This document shows positions 35,559 to 49,852 of a DNA stretch of 64,000 nucleotides, piece by piece. The translations under genes were made by a program, and so were the position numbers. The notes under the pieces were generated by a model, which searched no databases, was not told the origin of the DNA, and saw only the letters and a program-made list of their open reading frames with translations. Origin of the DNA: Marsupella aquatica (taxonomy: Eukaryota > Plantae > Marchantiophyta); NCBI GenBank assembly GCA_973895155.1, contig OZ316892.1, positions 25,691,233-25,755,232 on the forward strand. Direction: 5' to 3'. Each line of letters opens with the position of its first letter. The first letter of the stretch is position 1.

Positions 35559-37734
35559 TTCTTTCCCTCAGATCCAAACTTGGACACTCGAATGTATCTC
35601 CACGTACAGATGATCTTCCTGACGAAGAATCGTCGATTTGGATTGCTAAGAGTTATTAAAGGAAGTACGGTGAGGAAGAGAATGAATGGCCAGAAGCCAA
35701 GAAGGAAAGGTCTTTGTTACTGTGAATGCAAAGTGTTCACGAAGGAACATGAGAAAGAGACTGCTGAGCCTCCTGTAGCCAGACGTTACAAAAGAAAATT
35801 GTTGTCCGTCCCTATTTACACAGGGCATGACAGCGGGTCTGCATGGCATTTGCAACAGTCAGAAGGGAATTCAAGCAAATGATTTGAGCTTTAAACTTCG
35901 AACGAATTTCTGGGACAGCTTTCTGAGAAACCATAAAGGAGCGATGAGAAAAGCTTATAGTGGAATACAATCTATGACAAGCCCGGGAGAACATAGCAAC
36001 GACTGAAGAGTGAGGACTGTGCAATCGCATGTGAGACATTGGTGCCATTCTGAAATCGCTGTGATTGTTGTATTTTAAGTCGATGATTGATACTTATGAA
36101 TTTGTGACAATCCACAATTGCCGCAGAAAATTATGTGTAGGGCAATGACCAAGGCTTTACAGGGCATAAAAGAGGGGTTCTATTGAGCGTCAGAAAGACT
36201 TTCCTGGCAATTTCAATGAGGTTTGAACATGTACTATCGACTGATCTTATAAAAATATCACTCAACTTTGTTTGTGAAGATTTTCAGTTAAGATTGTTGA
36301 TGACTCCACTTGATTCCATCCATAGATCAGGCATGCATGCGCGCTTGATATGCAAAATATTGATTAGCAATGGATATAACAATGAAATGTTGGCTTTCAT
36401 ATGAGAGCAATAGAATATGTACCCACTCAATTCAATCCAATCTCTAAAGCTAAATTCAATTCGACTTCTGAAGCAAGAGAAATTCAATTCAGTTTAATTC
36501 CAAAAGGTGGGGCAGTCCAATTCAACGTGATTTGTTGAAGCTAGGGCAAATCAACATATTAATTTCGAATCCAATTCAGTCTGACAAAACTCACGTTCAA
36601 CTTAATTCAGCTTTCAGTTGATGTAATATCCACTAAGTATCTTAAGAGAGTTCATCAGGTTCTAATAAACGCTCTGCTATAGCCTATCATCATTTCACAT
36701 CAATGTAGTGCAATTACTTTGACATTTTATTCAGAACGACTTACGCGATGATTCTCGGCCGATGATTCAATGCAGTCAGTTTTGCTTAAAGCCTTTCTTT
36801 GTACTTGTCATGGCACATTCCTTATTCTTCTAAAACGGGATTCACAAGGTTTGAAAGGAAGTTGGAGAGAGAATGATGACCGGCCAGAGGCTAAATATCA
36901 GAGGTCATTGAGAGCACATACTTGAAGCTGATTTGAAGGAAAGAATTAGGATAGGACGAAGGAAAGAGAGCAAATGATCAAATCATGAATGTCCGCTAGG
37001 CGCCCATGGCATTTTTGTAACTGTTCGAGTGATAAAACTGTGTTACTTAAATTTCATTCGTAACGTGCTTTACAGTCACAGTGCGCTAGCTTTTTTGCCA
37101 CATATTGCACTTCAGTGTTCCCGAAACAAGTAAGAAAAACTAGTTATAACAAGTTGGTTACAAAAACGCCGTTACAAAAACCCATCCAAAAATTCAAGCC
37201 TGGGGAAAATTTGTAATAAAAGCAGCAGTGGGACAATTCCCACATCATTTGGATTGGAGGAAAAAGTACTGATAAAGTTACTGGCAAATGGCTTGGATTC
37301 CATAAGCGTTTGCATCATTCCATGAGCCTGAGTTCTGCAGACTGATATCTACCGTATACGGCCTGGCATGCAAGATCTGGTTGCTACCTTTCCACCGTTC
37401 TTCGAATGTGCAGACTTGGATAGAACTGTTTTTTCCTTGAACAAAAGTCTAGTATGTTGAAATTTTGACATGCTTGGAAAAAAGGGCAGTGTCACAAGAT
37501 TTTGTATATCTCCGTCCGGTTGCTAGCTTTCCAGTGTGTCGTTGAATGTGCAAAGAATGGATAGAACTGTTTTTTCTTTAAACAAACGTCGAGTATCTTG
37601 AACTTCAGACATGCTTGGAACTTCAGACATGCTTGGAAAAAAAGGGCTCTGCAACGAGATTTTGTTATTTCTTTTACCTCCTTTCTTTGAATGGGTAAGA
37701 CATGGCGAAAGAGCTTTAAAGTGATTCGTCTGTA

Positions 37735-38490
37735 AATCCTGAGCATTCACTGGTCTAAATCCAGCCATTGCTTTCAGAGTCAGGATTGTTCTTAGACCAT
37801 TTATTCAAATGTGTCAAAATTGCAATCCAGCCATTGCTTTTGGAGTCAGCGTGACTGTGAGATCATTTCTTCAAATGGGTAAAAATTGCAATTCAGGCTG
37901 TACTTTTAAAGTGTGGCTGTGAGATCCTTCCTTCAAATGGGTAGTAACTGCAATCCAGCCACTGCTTTTAGAGTCAGGGTAGTTGTGAGATCATTCCTTG
38001 AATTATGTAAAATTGCAATCCAAGCCGCTAGATTCAGGGTGGTTGTGAGATCATTAGGGGGTGTCGTCCAAGCTGCCACTGGGAGCTTGTCTCGCAGGAG
38101 CAGCATCATGCCCAAGACAGTTCTCAAGGTTGTGAGAGTTGAGAAGGACAAAGCTTTTTTGCACCGTCCAGAACAGTGAGTAATATGAACGGAAACGACC
38201 GACAAATTTCTCCCGGGAGTACATTGCAAGGGAGGGGTCGCCCGTTTTTGCACGGTCTGATGACTCGAACAGTAGAGTAATCTCCAAGGAAACCAGTGAC
38301 AAATTTCTACCGGGAGTGAATTGGACGGGAAGGGATCACGGTGACCCACCACAATTGTAGCCACGACGGTACCGAACCTGCAGCTTTGACACCCCCTACT
38401 TCTCCAGACCTGTAAAAATTGCAATCCAGGCATTGCTTTTAGAGTCAGAGTGGTTGTGAAAGCATTTCTTCAAATGTTTGAAAATTGCAT
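37735..38490. repeat. ~63-bp degenerate tandem repeat array interrupted by a MITE
   Basis: aattgcaatccagccattgcttttagagtcagggtggttgtgagatcatttcttcaaatg recurs about 6 times. Confidence 0.75.
38057..38396. mobile_element. MITE (340 bp) with GGGGGTGTC termini and TA flanks
   Basis: ta|gggggtgtc..aagctgc ... gcagctttgacaccccc|ta; it splits one satellite unit (gagatcat|ta|cttc). Confidence 0.7.
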
Positions 38491-40344
38491 AACAGATTGA
38501 ATATTGATTCGGCTGGAAGTCCTTGCACTTCGCCGAACTTGGCACATGCCGTAGGCACCGCATGCTTCACACTAGTGTCCTCGGAAAGGAACTCAAGAAA
38601 AAGGTATCTTCTGTACGGATTGTCTGCTCAATAGAGCTTTGGGGTAGGCCATCCATCGCACGACAGCACTTTTTCGGGAAGGAAAAATATCCCAGTCCTT
38701 TCGGTAAAGAAGAGGGACACGCAGCTTGCCATTTCATTGACCTCGTAGTCAATGAAACCGATGTCTTACCTGGGCTGGAGTCATTCGATTCAGAATCCTC
38801 ATCCTACCTGACTGCAGTCACTCGATTCAGAAGCATCATCCGACCGACTGTTGCAGTTGTAGGTCGGAATCAGGTGGGAGAAAAAGTCTCTCTGGTCGAT
38901 CTTATGGCTTTTCACCAAAATCCATTTTCAGGTAAATTTCTCAGTAGCTGAGATTTTGCTAGATGGGAATCCTGACCCCTAGATATGACTCACCAATTCC
39001 TTTCCAAAACTTTTCGTGGGTCCGAGGAGGAGGAAAAGGTCTTACCTACTGCCTGAAATTGTTGTGAAGGGGGTTAAGCGGTGCCAAATCTTCAAATGTA
39101 CTGCTGGAATGATTCTGTGCTGAGATATCGGGGTCGTCGTCGGTCTACGGGTGTGGGCACACACGTTTTGGCGATGTCCACAGTTTATTCATTCTTTCGA
39201 GAGACGTGACAAAAAACGCGCATTCTGAAAACAACGGGAGATTAACAAGCTATATCTGATCCAATCACGAGCTTAATCCAACGCTTTCTTTCATCACTCG
39301 GTTGACCTCCATTCCATCCACCAAAATTCATCCAATAGGGTTCGATGAACACCAGCCTTTTTCACAAGTCAAACTCTGGTTTAGAATCTTATGTCGCTCA
39401 GTAACTTACTCAATCGCAACTCCACTTCCCCGAATTTTCCTTCATTGAGCTTCAGGTGACAATACACGACGTCACATCAGCGGACCTGCCTTTCGAGTTT
39501 CCACGTCTATGAGCTTTGCAAGGGATGACATTCTACAGTAAGTGACGCTGCGTCCCGTCACTGCTAGTCACAAATATCGTTTCCCTCCTCTTTCTGATAA
39601 TCCATCTACGCTCTGGAATACAGAATCGCCCGGCAGGAATGCAAAACATCAGGCGAAAACAATCATTCATGAACCGGTGTTCTGGCTCTCAAAGTGCCGC
39701 ACCTTAAACTAATCGGCTCTTTGAGAAGGTACAGGCACGAATGTTCAGCAACATTGTACTTCAGCCCAGGCACCTGTGGCTTCCACGCGAACACACCTAT
39801 ATGGAGCCGATAGAACAGTGTGCGCTCCTTACCCGCTTTCGACGATCCCCATTAAAGACTTGCAAAGGAGGACTCGAGGAGAATCGAATCTCCACATTCC
39901 CAACCAAACATCATATGGCACGCAAGACCAGCAACGACAGACAAGTTAATAATTAGTAAACTGGATTGACAAACCCGAGAATCAACACCTCCATCCCCGC
40001 ATCGTGTAAGCCTATAGTAAGAAAGGAGTAAAGAAAACACAACTGTTCCGTCGGCGCAAAAAGTTGCGAGACTTGGTACTAGCGACGAGTAAATAAACGG
40101 AAAAGTTGGTGGGCCACATGGTAGATCCGACTAAAACCAACTTAACAAAGGAGGACGAGGCTGCATCGAATCTTGCCCAAGCAAGTGGGCCCGGAAGCGC
40201 AGCCTGCAAGACGCCGATCAGACTAGCCCAGGCAGAACGTTGGTTTGGAAACGTACAACGACACGGAATTCAATTCAGTGAGAGCTTTTTCCTGACATCC
40301 ACTTCAATCGGGACTTGAAACGACCACGATGCCATCAATTTTCC

Positions 40345-40850
40345 TCGAGAATGTGCCCTTTCCAATCAAGGACATGATCTCCAAAATGCAAAGCTTTAAA
40401 GCTTAGGGCTCAATCAGAAAATCAACCAGTGCGTAGCGGAATTGAATGTAGCGACTAGCGGAGCTGTTGCTTTACTATCAGATCACCATCGACTTGATCA
40501 CCATCGCATATAGAACGGAAGATTGACCGCATCAAGTGGCATCGAGAATGTGCCCTTTCCAATCAAGGACATGATCGTGAAGTTCCAAAGGTTTGATAAA
40601 GTTTAGCAACCAAAAGATCAGCCAATGCCTCGCGGAGCTGTTGCGTTATTATCAGATCACCATGGCAGTTAGGATTGGATTGAAGATCTCCCACTCAAGT
40701 GGCGTCGAGGATGTGCCCTTTCCAATCAAGGACATGATCTCAAAATTGGCAAGGTTTTAAAGCGAGTGCTTAATCCAAACTTCAACTAGTTCGTATCGGA
40801 GCTGTTGCTTTGTTATCAGATCAGCATCGAGTTGATCACCATCGCTACCT
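40345..40850 (-). pseudogene. Triplicated (~165-195 bp unit) fragment resembling protein-kinase subdomain I
   Basis: Each unit reads IMSLIGKGT(F/S)S on the minus strand, e.g. NLANFEIMSLIGKGT; no downstream kinase motifs found. Confidence 0.4.
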
Positions 40851-41279
40851 GGAATTGGAGTTCCAGGGAAAGGCAATTCTGAGTGCACAGTTCTGAGTTT
40901 GCACAGATAAAAGCAAATTCGATATTCAAGGCAAATCCGGTGTACGTGTTTCGTAAGTCAGATTCTATTACGATGATACCGTAGAATAGACCAAAACGAC
41001 TTACTCTCCAATTGACGATCAGATTCATAGTATTATTGAATCAAAGCTCACCGCTCTGCCAACGGCGAGATTAATTGAACCTTATCGAACTGACAAAGCA
41101 AAACCTGTCCATCGAAGAGTACGTGACAGAAAAACTGACAGATGCAATTACAGTCACCAAGACCAAATTAATTAGGACATTGAATATTCGTTCATGGTTG
41201 TCACATTTTATCCAGGTTTAACCTGACGACGGTTTGCGGAGCACCAATTTGGAAGGATATTCTAAAATATTCTCCCAGA

Positions 41280-41530
41280 CTCCCCAGGATTCCCCCGGAC
41301 ACTTCCCACTCCCCCGGACCCCTCCCGAACCCGGTCTCGTCCCGGACTACTCCCGACCCGATCCCAAATCCTGCCGACCTTGGCCCAGTCCCGGCCCGGA
41401 CTCCTCCTGACCCCATCCCAAACCCTGCCGACCTTGGCCAGGTCCCGGCCCGGACTCCTCCGGACCCCATCCCGAACCCTTGCCGACCTTGGCCCGGCTC
41501 CGTCCTCACACCCGGACATGACCCCGACTC
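41280..41530. repeat. GC-rich ~54-bp tandem repeat, probably internal to a non-autonomous TE
   Basis: cccggactcctccggaccccatcccgaaccctgccgaccttggcc recurs about 3 times. Confidence 0.65.
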
Positions 41531-43005
41531 CGGGAGACCGGGCGACCGGGTTGCCGGTTTGTCGATTTGACTTTGTTTTTGGGCCAGTTTGACGGGCAAG
41601 GTCAAACTGGGCATTTTATCCACAAGCATCATCTCATTAAAAAAGACCGATTTCGTAAAAAGGCTTATCAAATATAGTGCGTTAATTCTAGGTCGAGCTA
41701 ATGCTCTTCCATTTACCCGGGGCTAGTACATAGCCCATCCCACTCCAGTCCCCAATCATGCTGTTGTCCGCTCCAGTTTGAGTTTGTCAAAACATAAACC
41801 AATATTCCACCATTTTGTCACCCATTTTGGCCCAATCAACTGTGTGTCATCTACTTTTGATTTATTTATTTTGGCACCCATCATTTTTTGTTGCCTGCTC
41901 CGGCCCGGTCTATCAAGACTCTATCAATGATGACTCTTGACCAAAGTACTAGGCTCCCCCTGAACACTTAGCTAGACTCTGTTACAAAGCATGTATGACT
42001 CTGTTAGAAAGAAGTGTTGCCAAAACATAAACCACAACTCCACAAGCAAGAAGTAGATGGTACAAAGTCAATCGGGCCAGAGTGGGTGACAAAAAGTTGG
42101 CAAGATCCCCAGTCCAAATTAATCTACAAAAGATCTGATGGTCCAGATACATGAGTAAGGTGGGGACTGTTGGAAATCCCTCCAGACATGTTGTTGCTCT
42201 TTGCTCAACTCAACATATACACAAAAAAGATGGCCGGTGGCAAGCCCATGGAAGATATGTTACACATAGTTATCTCTGACACATGTAATATACATCGCTA
42301 GATTTTGCACAGTTTCAAGATAACAGTCATATCTAGCTACAGTACCAGGGCCCTAAACAATATAGATATGTGGTGAGTTTGGCCAAAATTGGCCACTAAA
42401 TATATACTGCTCCTCAGCCTCTGTAAATTTTGGATTGTGGACTTGGTGAGCCCTATATACAGTAACCAAGTAAATGTTCTCCAAAAGTTGGTAAAGCTTG
42501 GTCACCCTAGCATGTAGAGCTCACCAGGTCCACAATATACTTTGACAGCCACTATGACCCCCACACTTAACTTTGGACTTGGTGGAACCTCTGAGGACCG
42601 GGCCCGTGACCAAAGAGGACTCGGGAGAGGACTTCAGTGAGACCAGACTGAATGCACCATCTCCCGTCTGCCTCATATAGCCTCCATATTTTTTAGAACT
42701 CAAATTACCCTATTACAACTACCCAACACCCACACACAGTTGTGAATTTTGAGATCGGACTACTTGACCTCACTTCATTCACTCCAAGTGCTGCTCTTTT
42801 GAAGTATGCACTATTATACCATGTCTTGCTGTTGCAATCAATCTGTCTTAATTCTTTGTCTTGCACATAGAATAGGGGAGTCCCAGGACTTCATGGTTGG
42901 GAGCAGAAAGAGTATTGGCAAGAGGATGAGTTTCACTTCAACTGCTTCCATGGGCTTTACAATAAGTTGGGCGAAGGGGACGGACTCGAACAAGAGAGAT
43001 GGGTT

Positions 43006-43341
43006 CTCGGGGGGTCACTTCCATGGAAGTGGCACATCACATGTGAAAAAGTATAGACTCATTTAAATGGGTGTGACAGAAAACTTCCAAAGTTTTGTGG
43101 AAGAACAGAGGGCATGTTTTATTGACAAGTTGGCTTTAAAGAACACATATGCCTATTTAATTGTAAAAACTATTTTCTTTAAAATTTTTAGGGGTTTTTT
43201 ATTAAAAAATGGCAAAATTTAAAGTAAGAAAGGGTTTTGCAAAAAACAATTCACTTATAAGTTAGGGTGTCAAACCCTAAAATGTTGCATGCGATGTATG
43301 GCCCTCCATATAGTGAACACCCTCCCCCCCCCCCCCCCAAG
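43006..43341. mobile_element. Second, inverted and more diverged copy of the 1546-1873 MITE
   Basis: Begins ctcggggggtcact; body is the reverse complement of 1546-1873; flanks gatgggtt / gataggtt (8-bp TSD, 1 mismatch); poly-C expansion in the right TIR. Confidence 0.82.
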
Positions 43342-45320
43342 GATAGGTTGGCCCCTCCTGACCAGGTGTGGAGAGTTGCAGTCCAATTGTAGGTCTCCCT
43401 GTTCCCTCAGGCAATGGTTGCCCCTGGACCCATGCTGGGTGCCCGCCCTTGACTGCTTCCCTAAGGGAGCCCGCACCACAACCCAAGAATCCCACCAAGT
43501 CAACTCTTTGGTTTCAGGGTCCCCACCAAGTATTTTTCTAGAAAGTTGTGGCTCCAAGTGGACAGTTTATTAATAGAATAGGACTCTTACATAAAGAAAC
43601 AAAATCCCTCATAGACACAAAGGATGCTTCTTGAAAGACTCTCATATAAACACACTACCATCATAGTGTAACAAACCAGGAACTAAGTACTTGAAATAAT
43701 TGTAAATAATGTTGTCTTTCATTCATAATTATAGTCTCTCCCAGCATCAACCTCTTAAGAAATTCCCAAAATAAATGTGGCATACTACACTGTTAGGATG
43801 TCTCAAAACGTCTACCCTTAACTCAAGACTCACGGAAAAATCCTATAATACTTCTGAGGTGGATCTTCAGCTCTCATAAGGAAAGCCCCTAGGCTCAACA
43901 TTTGACCAATAACAATAACCCCATCCCAGTCGTGAATTCTGACGGCTGCAATTGAAAGCCTTTGGGCCTGATGCACTTCAATGGCTGCGGCATTCCAGAT
44001 GGCAGTTTATAGAGATGGAAAAAAAAGGGATATATGCTTTGAGACAGAGGTGACCTTGCCTCATAGTGCAAGTCAATGCTGTTTCCTCTCAATTTGTTAA
44101 GTCCATAACTTGGTCCCAAAAATCTTATTTTTTGGGACTAACCGTGCAAAATAAACTAAGGTTAGCGGTTGAGTTCTTAAAACGCCCTACTATAAATTGC
44201 ATACATACTTTGGTCATATCTTAGTAGACGGTAGTAAGTACCGGTATCGTGCACGACGTGGCATTCTGTCACGTGCTATTGTCCACTACCAAATCTTATC
44301 TTGTTATGTGAGCAGCTTTGGGGTACGTTCTTGTGGACGGTGCTAGCAGACAACGTTTATGTACACAGTACGGAAGGGTCTCTTAACTTTTCTTGTCTGG
44401 ATGACCATACCATACAATAGCTCAAACACCTTTCCACTAAAACCCTTAAAGAGAGGAATAAAGAAGCAATTTACTAAAATCTGCCAAACTGAGCATAAAA
44501 GAGTGAAAGCAAAAGTCCAGAGATGACAAACCCTGAAAACCAAGAAGAAGGCACTAAAAGAGGTGAAAAGGTTTTCCTCTTCCTCGTGGTGGAAGATGCT
44601 AGGATTATTCCTTATCTAATGTCCAGGGATTAATTCCTAGCTGTCAGATCTCCCAAGATTGAAGGATATTTGTCAGATAGCCTAGCTAATGGGGCGTGAC
44701 AAATGTCACCTCTGGTGAAACGTAAGATGCTAGGAAATTTTTTTATATAATGTTCGTGGTGGAATCTCTGACTATCACAGCTACCTAGATTTAAGGATGA
44801 TTGTGATAGCTAGCTAATTGTGTCCGTGGCTAGGTGGGAAACTCGGCTAACGTAACAGACAAATCTCTTCAATTTGTGCCAAAAGTGGTGAGTACCTTTC
44901 AGAGAGGTGGAATTTGGCAGTGTTTTTGCTAAAAAATTGCTGACCACTACCACAACCACCAGAAAACAAGCCAAAAAAATGTTTTATAGACGTTTTCTCT
45001 CTGACTTGTTCTCTCCCTCGAAACAAGCAAAAAAACAAAACTATTGGAAGACCCATTCTCTCTCCGCCACCACTACCCGGAAAAACTGACAATACCTCTC
45101 TCCTTTTCCTAAATTCCTGAGGGTTATTCCACTTTTTAATTTTTCTAAGGGGGGGTGCAGAAGCGCAACAATACCAGGCGAGGGGCAAAAAGGCCCTCAT
45201 GCAAAAAATCACAGACTGAGACACCGGGGGGACAACACGCAGGCCCAAGTATTTATTCTACTTAAACCACAGGTGCCTGTATTTCAACTCTACCCATAAC
45301 TCTTATGAGAGATTTGTTAT

Positions 45321-45451
45321 ATGGGATCCCAAAATGAAGCATGTTACTTGATAGGACCCTTGAATGATCCAAACCTTTGATTGATCTTGAATCAACATAC
45401 CCAAACCTTCAGGGGTCCTATCAAGTAATGCAATTCATTTTGGGGTCCCAT
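45321..45451. mobile_element. Hairpin MITE-like element
   Basis: atgggatcccaaaatgaa..ttacttgataggacccttgaa pairs with ttcaggggtcctatcaagtaa..ttcattttggggtcccat. Confidence 0.65.
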
Positions 45452-46759
45452 CAAGAAAATCATTCTAACTATATAGTCTCACATAATTGTCTGCATGGAG
45501 TGTGTTCAAGCAATTTTTGTCACTTTGGGGAATTTTTAGCTCACATTTTCATTGCACCTGTTCATCATAAAGGACAATCTATGGCTCAAAACATAGAAGA
45601 GATCTGCGACTAGAAAAAAATGGTTTGGGCGAGCACCAATTTTATTCAAATCAGTATGAAATCTGGCAATCTGCACACAACACAAACAACAGAGACCCAG
45701 ACTAAGCAGGGTTTCTCCTCTGTTAAATCCTATATCAATATAGGCCCCAAAATAGCCAAACAAGAACGACAGCACTGCCCAAGCAACCCTAAAACTTAAT
45801 AACCATTATTGAGGTTCATGACAAGGTTTACAAGGAATTCTCTCCATTTTTAAAATAATTGTATTGGCATTTTTGTAGTAAATTGGCTTCTTCCATTTTT
45901 TTCCCCAAAGAGTTGAAAGACCTTGCTCGTTTCTGCAGCTCTTCTTCAGTCCCTCTCGAGGTGTTCTTCTTCAGTCCCTCCCCTGGTGCAAAAATGTGAT
46001 GTTCCAAAAAGAGTGAGCTGGCAAAATATGCAGGCATCTTGAGGATAGGGGAAGGAAATCCAATTCAAACGCTACGGCCTGAAAACAATTTATATGAGTT
46101 TAAATGCCCCAAAAGCAGAGATCTGTTGAAACACAGCACAAACGCGGGAAGGCGTATTGATGAAATTTTGAGTGTGAATAATCTGAATGACTACCCACAA
46201 AAGTCTGGAAGCAAGTTAAGGAACTTTTTGCAATCAAAAATAGTGAACCAATTGACCACTACTGCAAAAGAAACTCATGAAAAGAATTGACCCACAAAAA
46301 TGGCCACCCATGAAAGTCCAGAGGCAAGTTCAAGTAACTCAGAACCCCAACCAAATTACCACTAGGGTGGGTAGAAACCCTTGTGCGTTGTCAACTACAG
46401 TAGAGATGCGTTTATGGGGAGGACAGTTTTGAGATTGCAGTACCATATGCAGTATCCCAGCTTCATTCTATAATCGATATATATCCAATCAGCCGCCCAC
46501 ATGCAACAGCAATGTCTGGGGATTCTTGTGCAATGATGAATGAAGCTTGGGGGGCGCCTGCTCCCACCTAAGGGGAACGGTACGGTACCTAATTACAGTA
46601 GCTGATCTTTTGAGTGCGTGTCCCAATTTCTGTTGAGTCCCGCCATAAAGAGAAACTACAGTCGAATGCACGTGAAAGGGAATTAAACTTTACAGTGTCT
46701 ACGGCATTACACGTAGACAAGATCGCCCTTCCTGTGTGGTTTCGCGGTCTTTCCCCAGA

Positions 46760-47950
46760 AGATTCAAACATGGCAGTGGCAGATTTGATTTGGATTACCA
46801 TGCTCGTACATGAGACATGGATGGTTCGAATTGAAAGATTGAGAGCTTGGGAAGTGTATAACCAAACGTGTTTGGTGTCTTTTGCCTTGAAAACGGAAAG
46901 CAGGCCCATCCAACAGAGTTTGGGAAATGTATAACACAACCCATCCAACAGAGCTTGGGAAATGTATAACACAACCGTGCTTGGTGTCTTTTGCCTTGAA
47001 AATTGAAAGCAGGTCCATCCAACAGAGGATAGACGTCATGCTTTGGAGCATGCATTTTTATGTAGGGCAGCCACAAGGGGCCAATACCCAGGGATCCAAC
47101 AGGGACCAGACCAAGAGAAAGAGTATTAAACCAGAACCCAAAGTGGACAACCAGGGCTGAGGAGATAATCAATACTCCCACCACTACACCCCACCCACAC
47201 ACACACACATACCCTCCTCACCCCTTATGTGTGGAGGGAGGATTGAACCTGGGACCTCTCGGTTCTAGGCTCATCCTCTGGCCAACTAACCAAAGCCAGT
47301 TGGTTGTGCTTGGTGTCTTTTCAAGTAAGGCGAAAGACCTTCAAGCCATTTCTCAACGCACGATTTGATAGTTTACATGTAATTACACAGACAAGACCGT
47401 CCTTCAGATGTGGTTTTCTGGACTTCCCCATCAAATTCAAACAAAGATGGAATGGCAGATTTGATTTGGATTACCGTGCATCAACATGAGATATTGATGT
47501 TTCGAACTGAAACATTGAGAGCTTGGAAGTAATACGAAGAGCTACCTTGTTGGATTACCATGCATCAACATGAGATATTGATGTTTGGAACTGAAACATT
47601 TAGAGCTTGGAAGTAATACCAAGAGCTACCGTGTTTTGGTTGTCGTTTCAAGTAAGGCGAGAGACCTTAGAGCCTTATTCCATGTTGTCTTTTCAAGTCA
47701 AGCAAGAGATCTTAAAGCCTTCTCCCATGCACTATTTTGACCCCTCAAAAAGTTTCATCCTGGGATCCTACAGTAGCTGTCATTCAAAGTGTGGCGAGAG
47801 ACCTTAAACACTCATTCCATGCACGATATTGACCCCTCCAAAAGTTTCATCCTTGGATGACCAACTCTAGCAGTCATTTCAAGTAAGGCGAGAGACCTGA
47901 GAGCCTTATTCCGTGCACAATTTCTCCTCAAAAAATTTCATCCTGGGAAG
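46760..47950. repeat. Complex local duplications with a tRNA-derived SINE-like segment (~47230-47303, minus)
   Basis: tggcagatttgatttggattacc..attgagagcttgg occurs at ~46777 and ~47453 and partly at ~47550; tttcaagtaaggcgagagacct recurs; B-box-like ggttcaatcc on the minus strand at ~47245. Confidence 0.55.
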
Positions 47951-49852
47951 ACTCCCTCAGGGACGTACTGGGGAAGGTGGAGATTCTTTCTACCCGATGA
48001 GGTGGCAACCAAGAGTTTGGCCTATGTAACACCCAAGAAATTTGAGGGTGGAAATTCTTTCTCCCATGTCAATTGGCACCCATGAAATTTGAAATTTTAA
48101 GGTGCAGGTCCTTTCCCACATCTTGGGGGAGTCTGGATTAGAAAGGCAGTTCACATGAAATGAGGCTCTTAGGAAGGCATTGTAGTTATCTTCCTTATTA
48201 GAAAAGGCTATTTCTAGGGACGTTGAGACCATCTCTAGGCATGGCCGTGGATGCTATACCTGACACAGAACACATAAAGTTCTGCCATAAAGCTACTCTA
48301 GACTGAAGGCATATATAGCAATCGCTGTAGCAACTGCAGTACCAAGTTTCAACCCCTCATGAAGTGAAATTGACCAAGTAACCGTAGATTGGAGGTAAAC
48401 CCTAGTCAGCATCAGTCTCCAGGATTTGGGCTAATGCCATAAGCAACACGACCCTTACATAACCGACAAGGGGATTCAAATGAGCAATGTCGTGCGAAAA
48501 TACTTCCTCGCCGACTTGATGTTCTTGATTGAATAGGGACCCTCAAAAATTTCATATTTACAATGGGATCAAATTCCATTCTTCACACATCTTTGAAACG
48601 CCTATTAGTACTCTTCTCACTTCGTAGATATAACTTTAAATATACTGACAGTATCAACTTGCTGCAGGAGGCCCGGGCTCCTTCTATCAGAGTCTCTTGA
48701 CCTTCCAGCCAGCAGCTCCAGGCAGACGCATATCGTCGTTGCTGAATGAGCTTTGCCCTCTCGCCTGCCTATTCTCTACCCTAGTCTACAAAAGTTTTTA
48801 TGAACCTGGAGAACATTCGAAGACAGTCATCCAATGGCAACCACCATACTCCCCACGAGGACTTCATTTCTGATCCAGTCGAGTCCATACTTCTATCTGC
48901 GAGCAGAGCTGGCTGGGTCAGCTGGGATGGATTCCTCGTGGAATCCATCCTCATCGAGCTCGTCTACTCTACCAGACCAGACCTCTGCCGAAACTGACGG
49001 TGCATCATATCTGGTTGCAGGATAGAACGATGACCTGAGCAGTGAAGTCACCCAGATGGTCTCATTTTTTGCTGGAGATGGCCGTTGCGTGCATCATTCG
49101 TACCAAGAGCTTAATCAGTTAGCTAATCCGCAAGCACCCAGAGGATCATGAATTCATTGTCCTACGTCACACGAAATGTGGAATTTGCCAATCTCCAAAC
49201 TCCCAACGCCCATCCTTGCTTCGTTAGTTCCTGACGTGATTTGATGCGACGCATCGATCAGCAGCTCCAACTCGCCAACTCTATAGACCATCATAGGACG
49301 GAGATGATATCGTTGTCGAGACATCGGAACGGTCATGAGTTTGCCATCTTCAGCACCGGGGGAGGAATACATCCTGCAACGGGACGAAGAGGACAGACGA
49401 ACCCACACGGCTATTCTGCATTTTCTACTCTAATTTGGTAACGTATAATGTCGAATGGGCTCGGAGCGGAGATACTCCTGCATGCGCATATCGGACGGCA
49501 GGATGGCCACCATGTTGGGATGCTATTAATCTGACGGCGGGGTCAGCAACACGTCACCGCACCGCAGTCAAAAGGGAATCAGGTTCTCGAGTTTATCCCG
49601 AGTCAGTTTCGTAATACAGAATACACATCTCCGAGTGTTTACTTTCTCAGAGAGCTCGAAATGCAGCTCGACGTTTTCACCGACAGCGCAGTCAATAAAG
49701 GGAAAGGATAATTTAATAATCCACGGCCCAGATCTCCGCCAAAGGGATGGGGTAGCGCCACAGTCGTTGGTTCGCGACGGTCACCGTCGGTCGTAGGAGC
49801 TCGAGCGAGAGTTCGAGTGTCAACATGGTGAAATTGATGGGAGGGGCGAAAT

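Noticed and set aside
41201-41671. 156-aa Gly-rich ORF
   Set aside because: Product of a GC-rich tandem repeat with a non-ATG start.
48400-49600. Gene-like composition downstream of the serpin, and similarly at 38500-40300, 8900-9800 and 23150-24150
   Set aside because: Frames are broken by stops and I could not recognise any domain; they may be old pseudogenes or TE remnants and need BLASTx.
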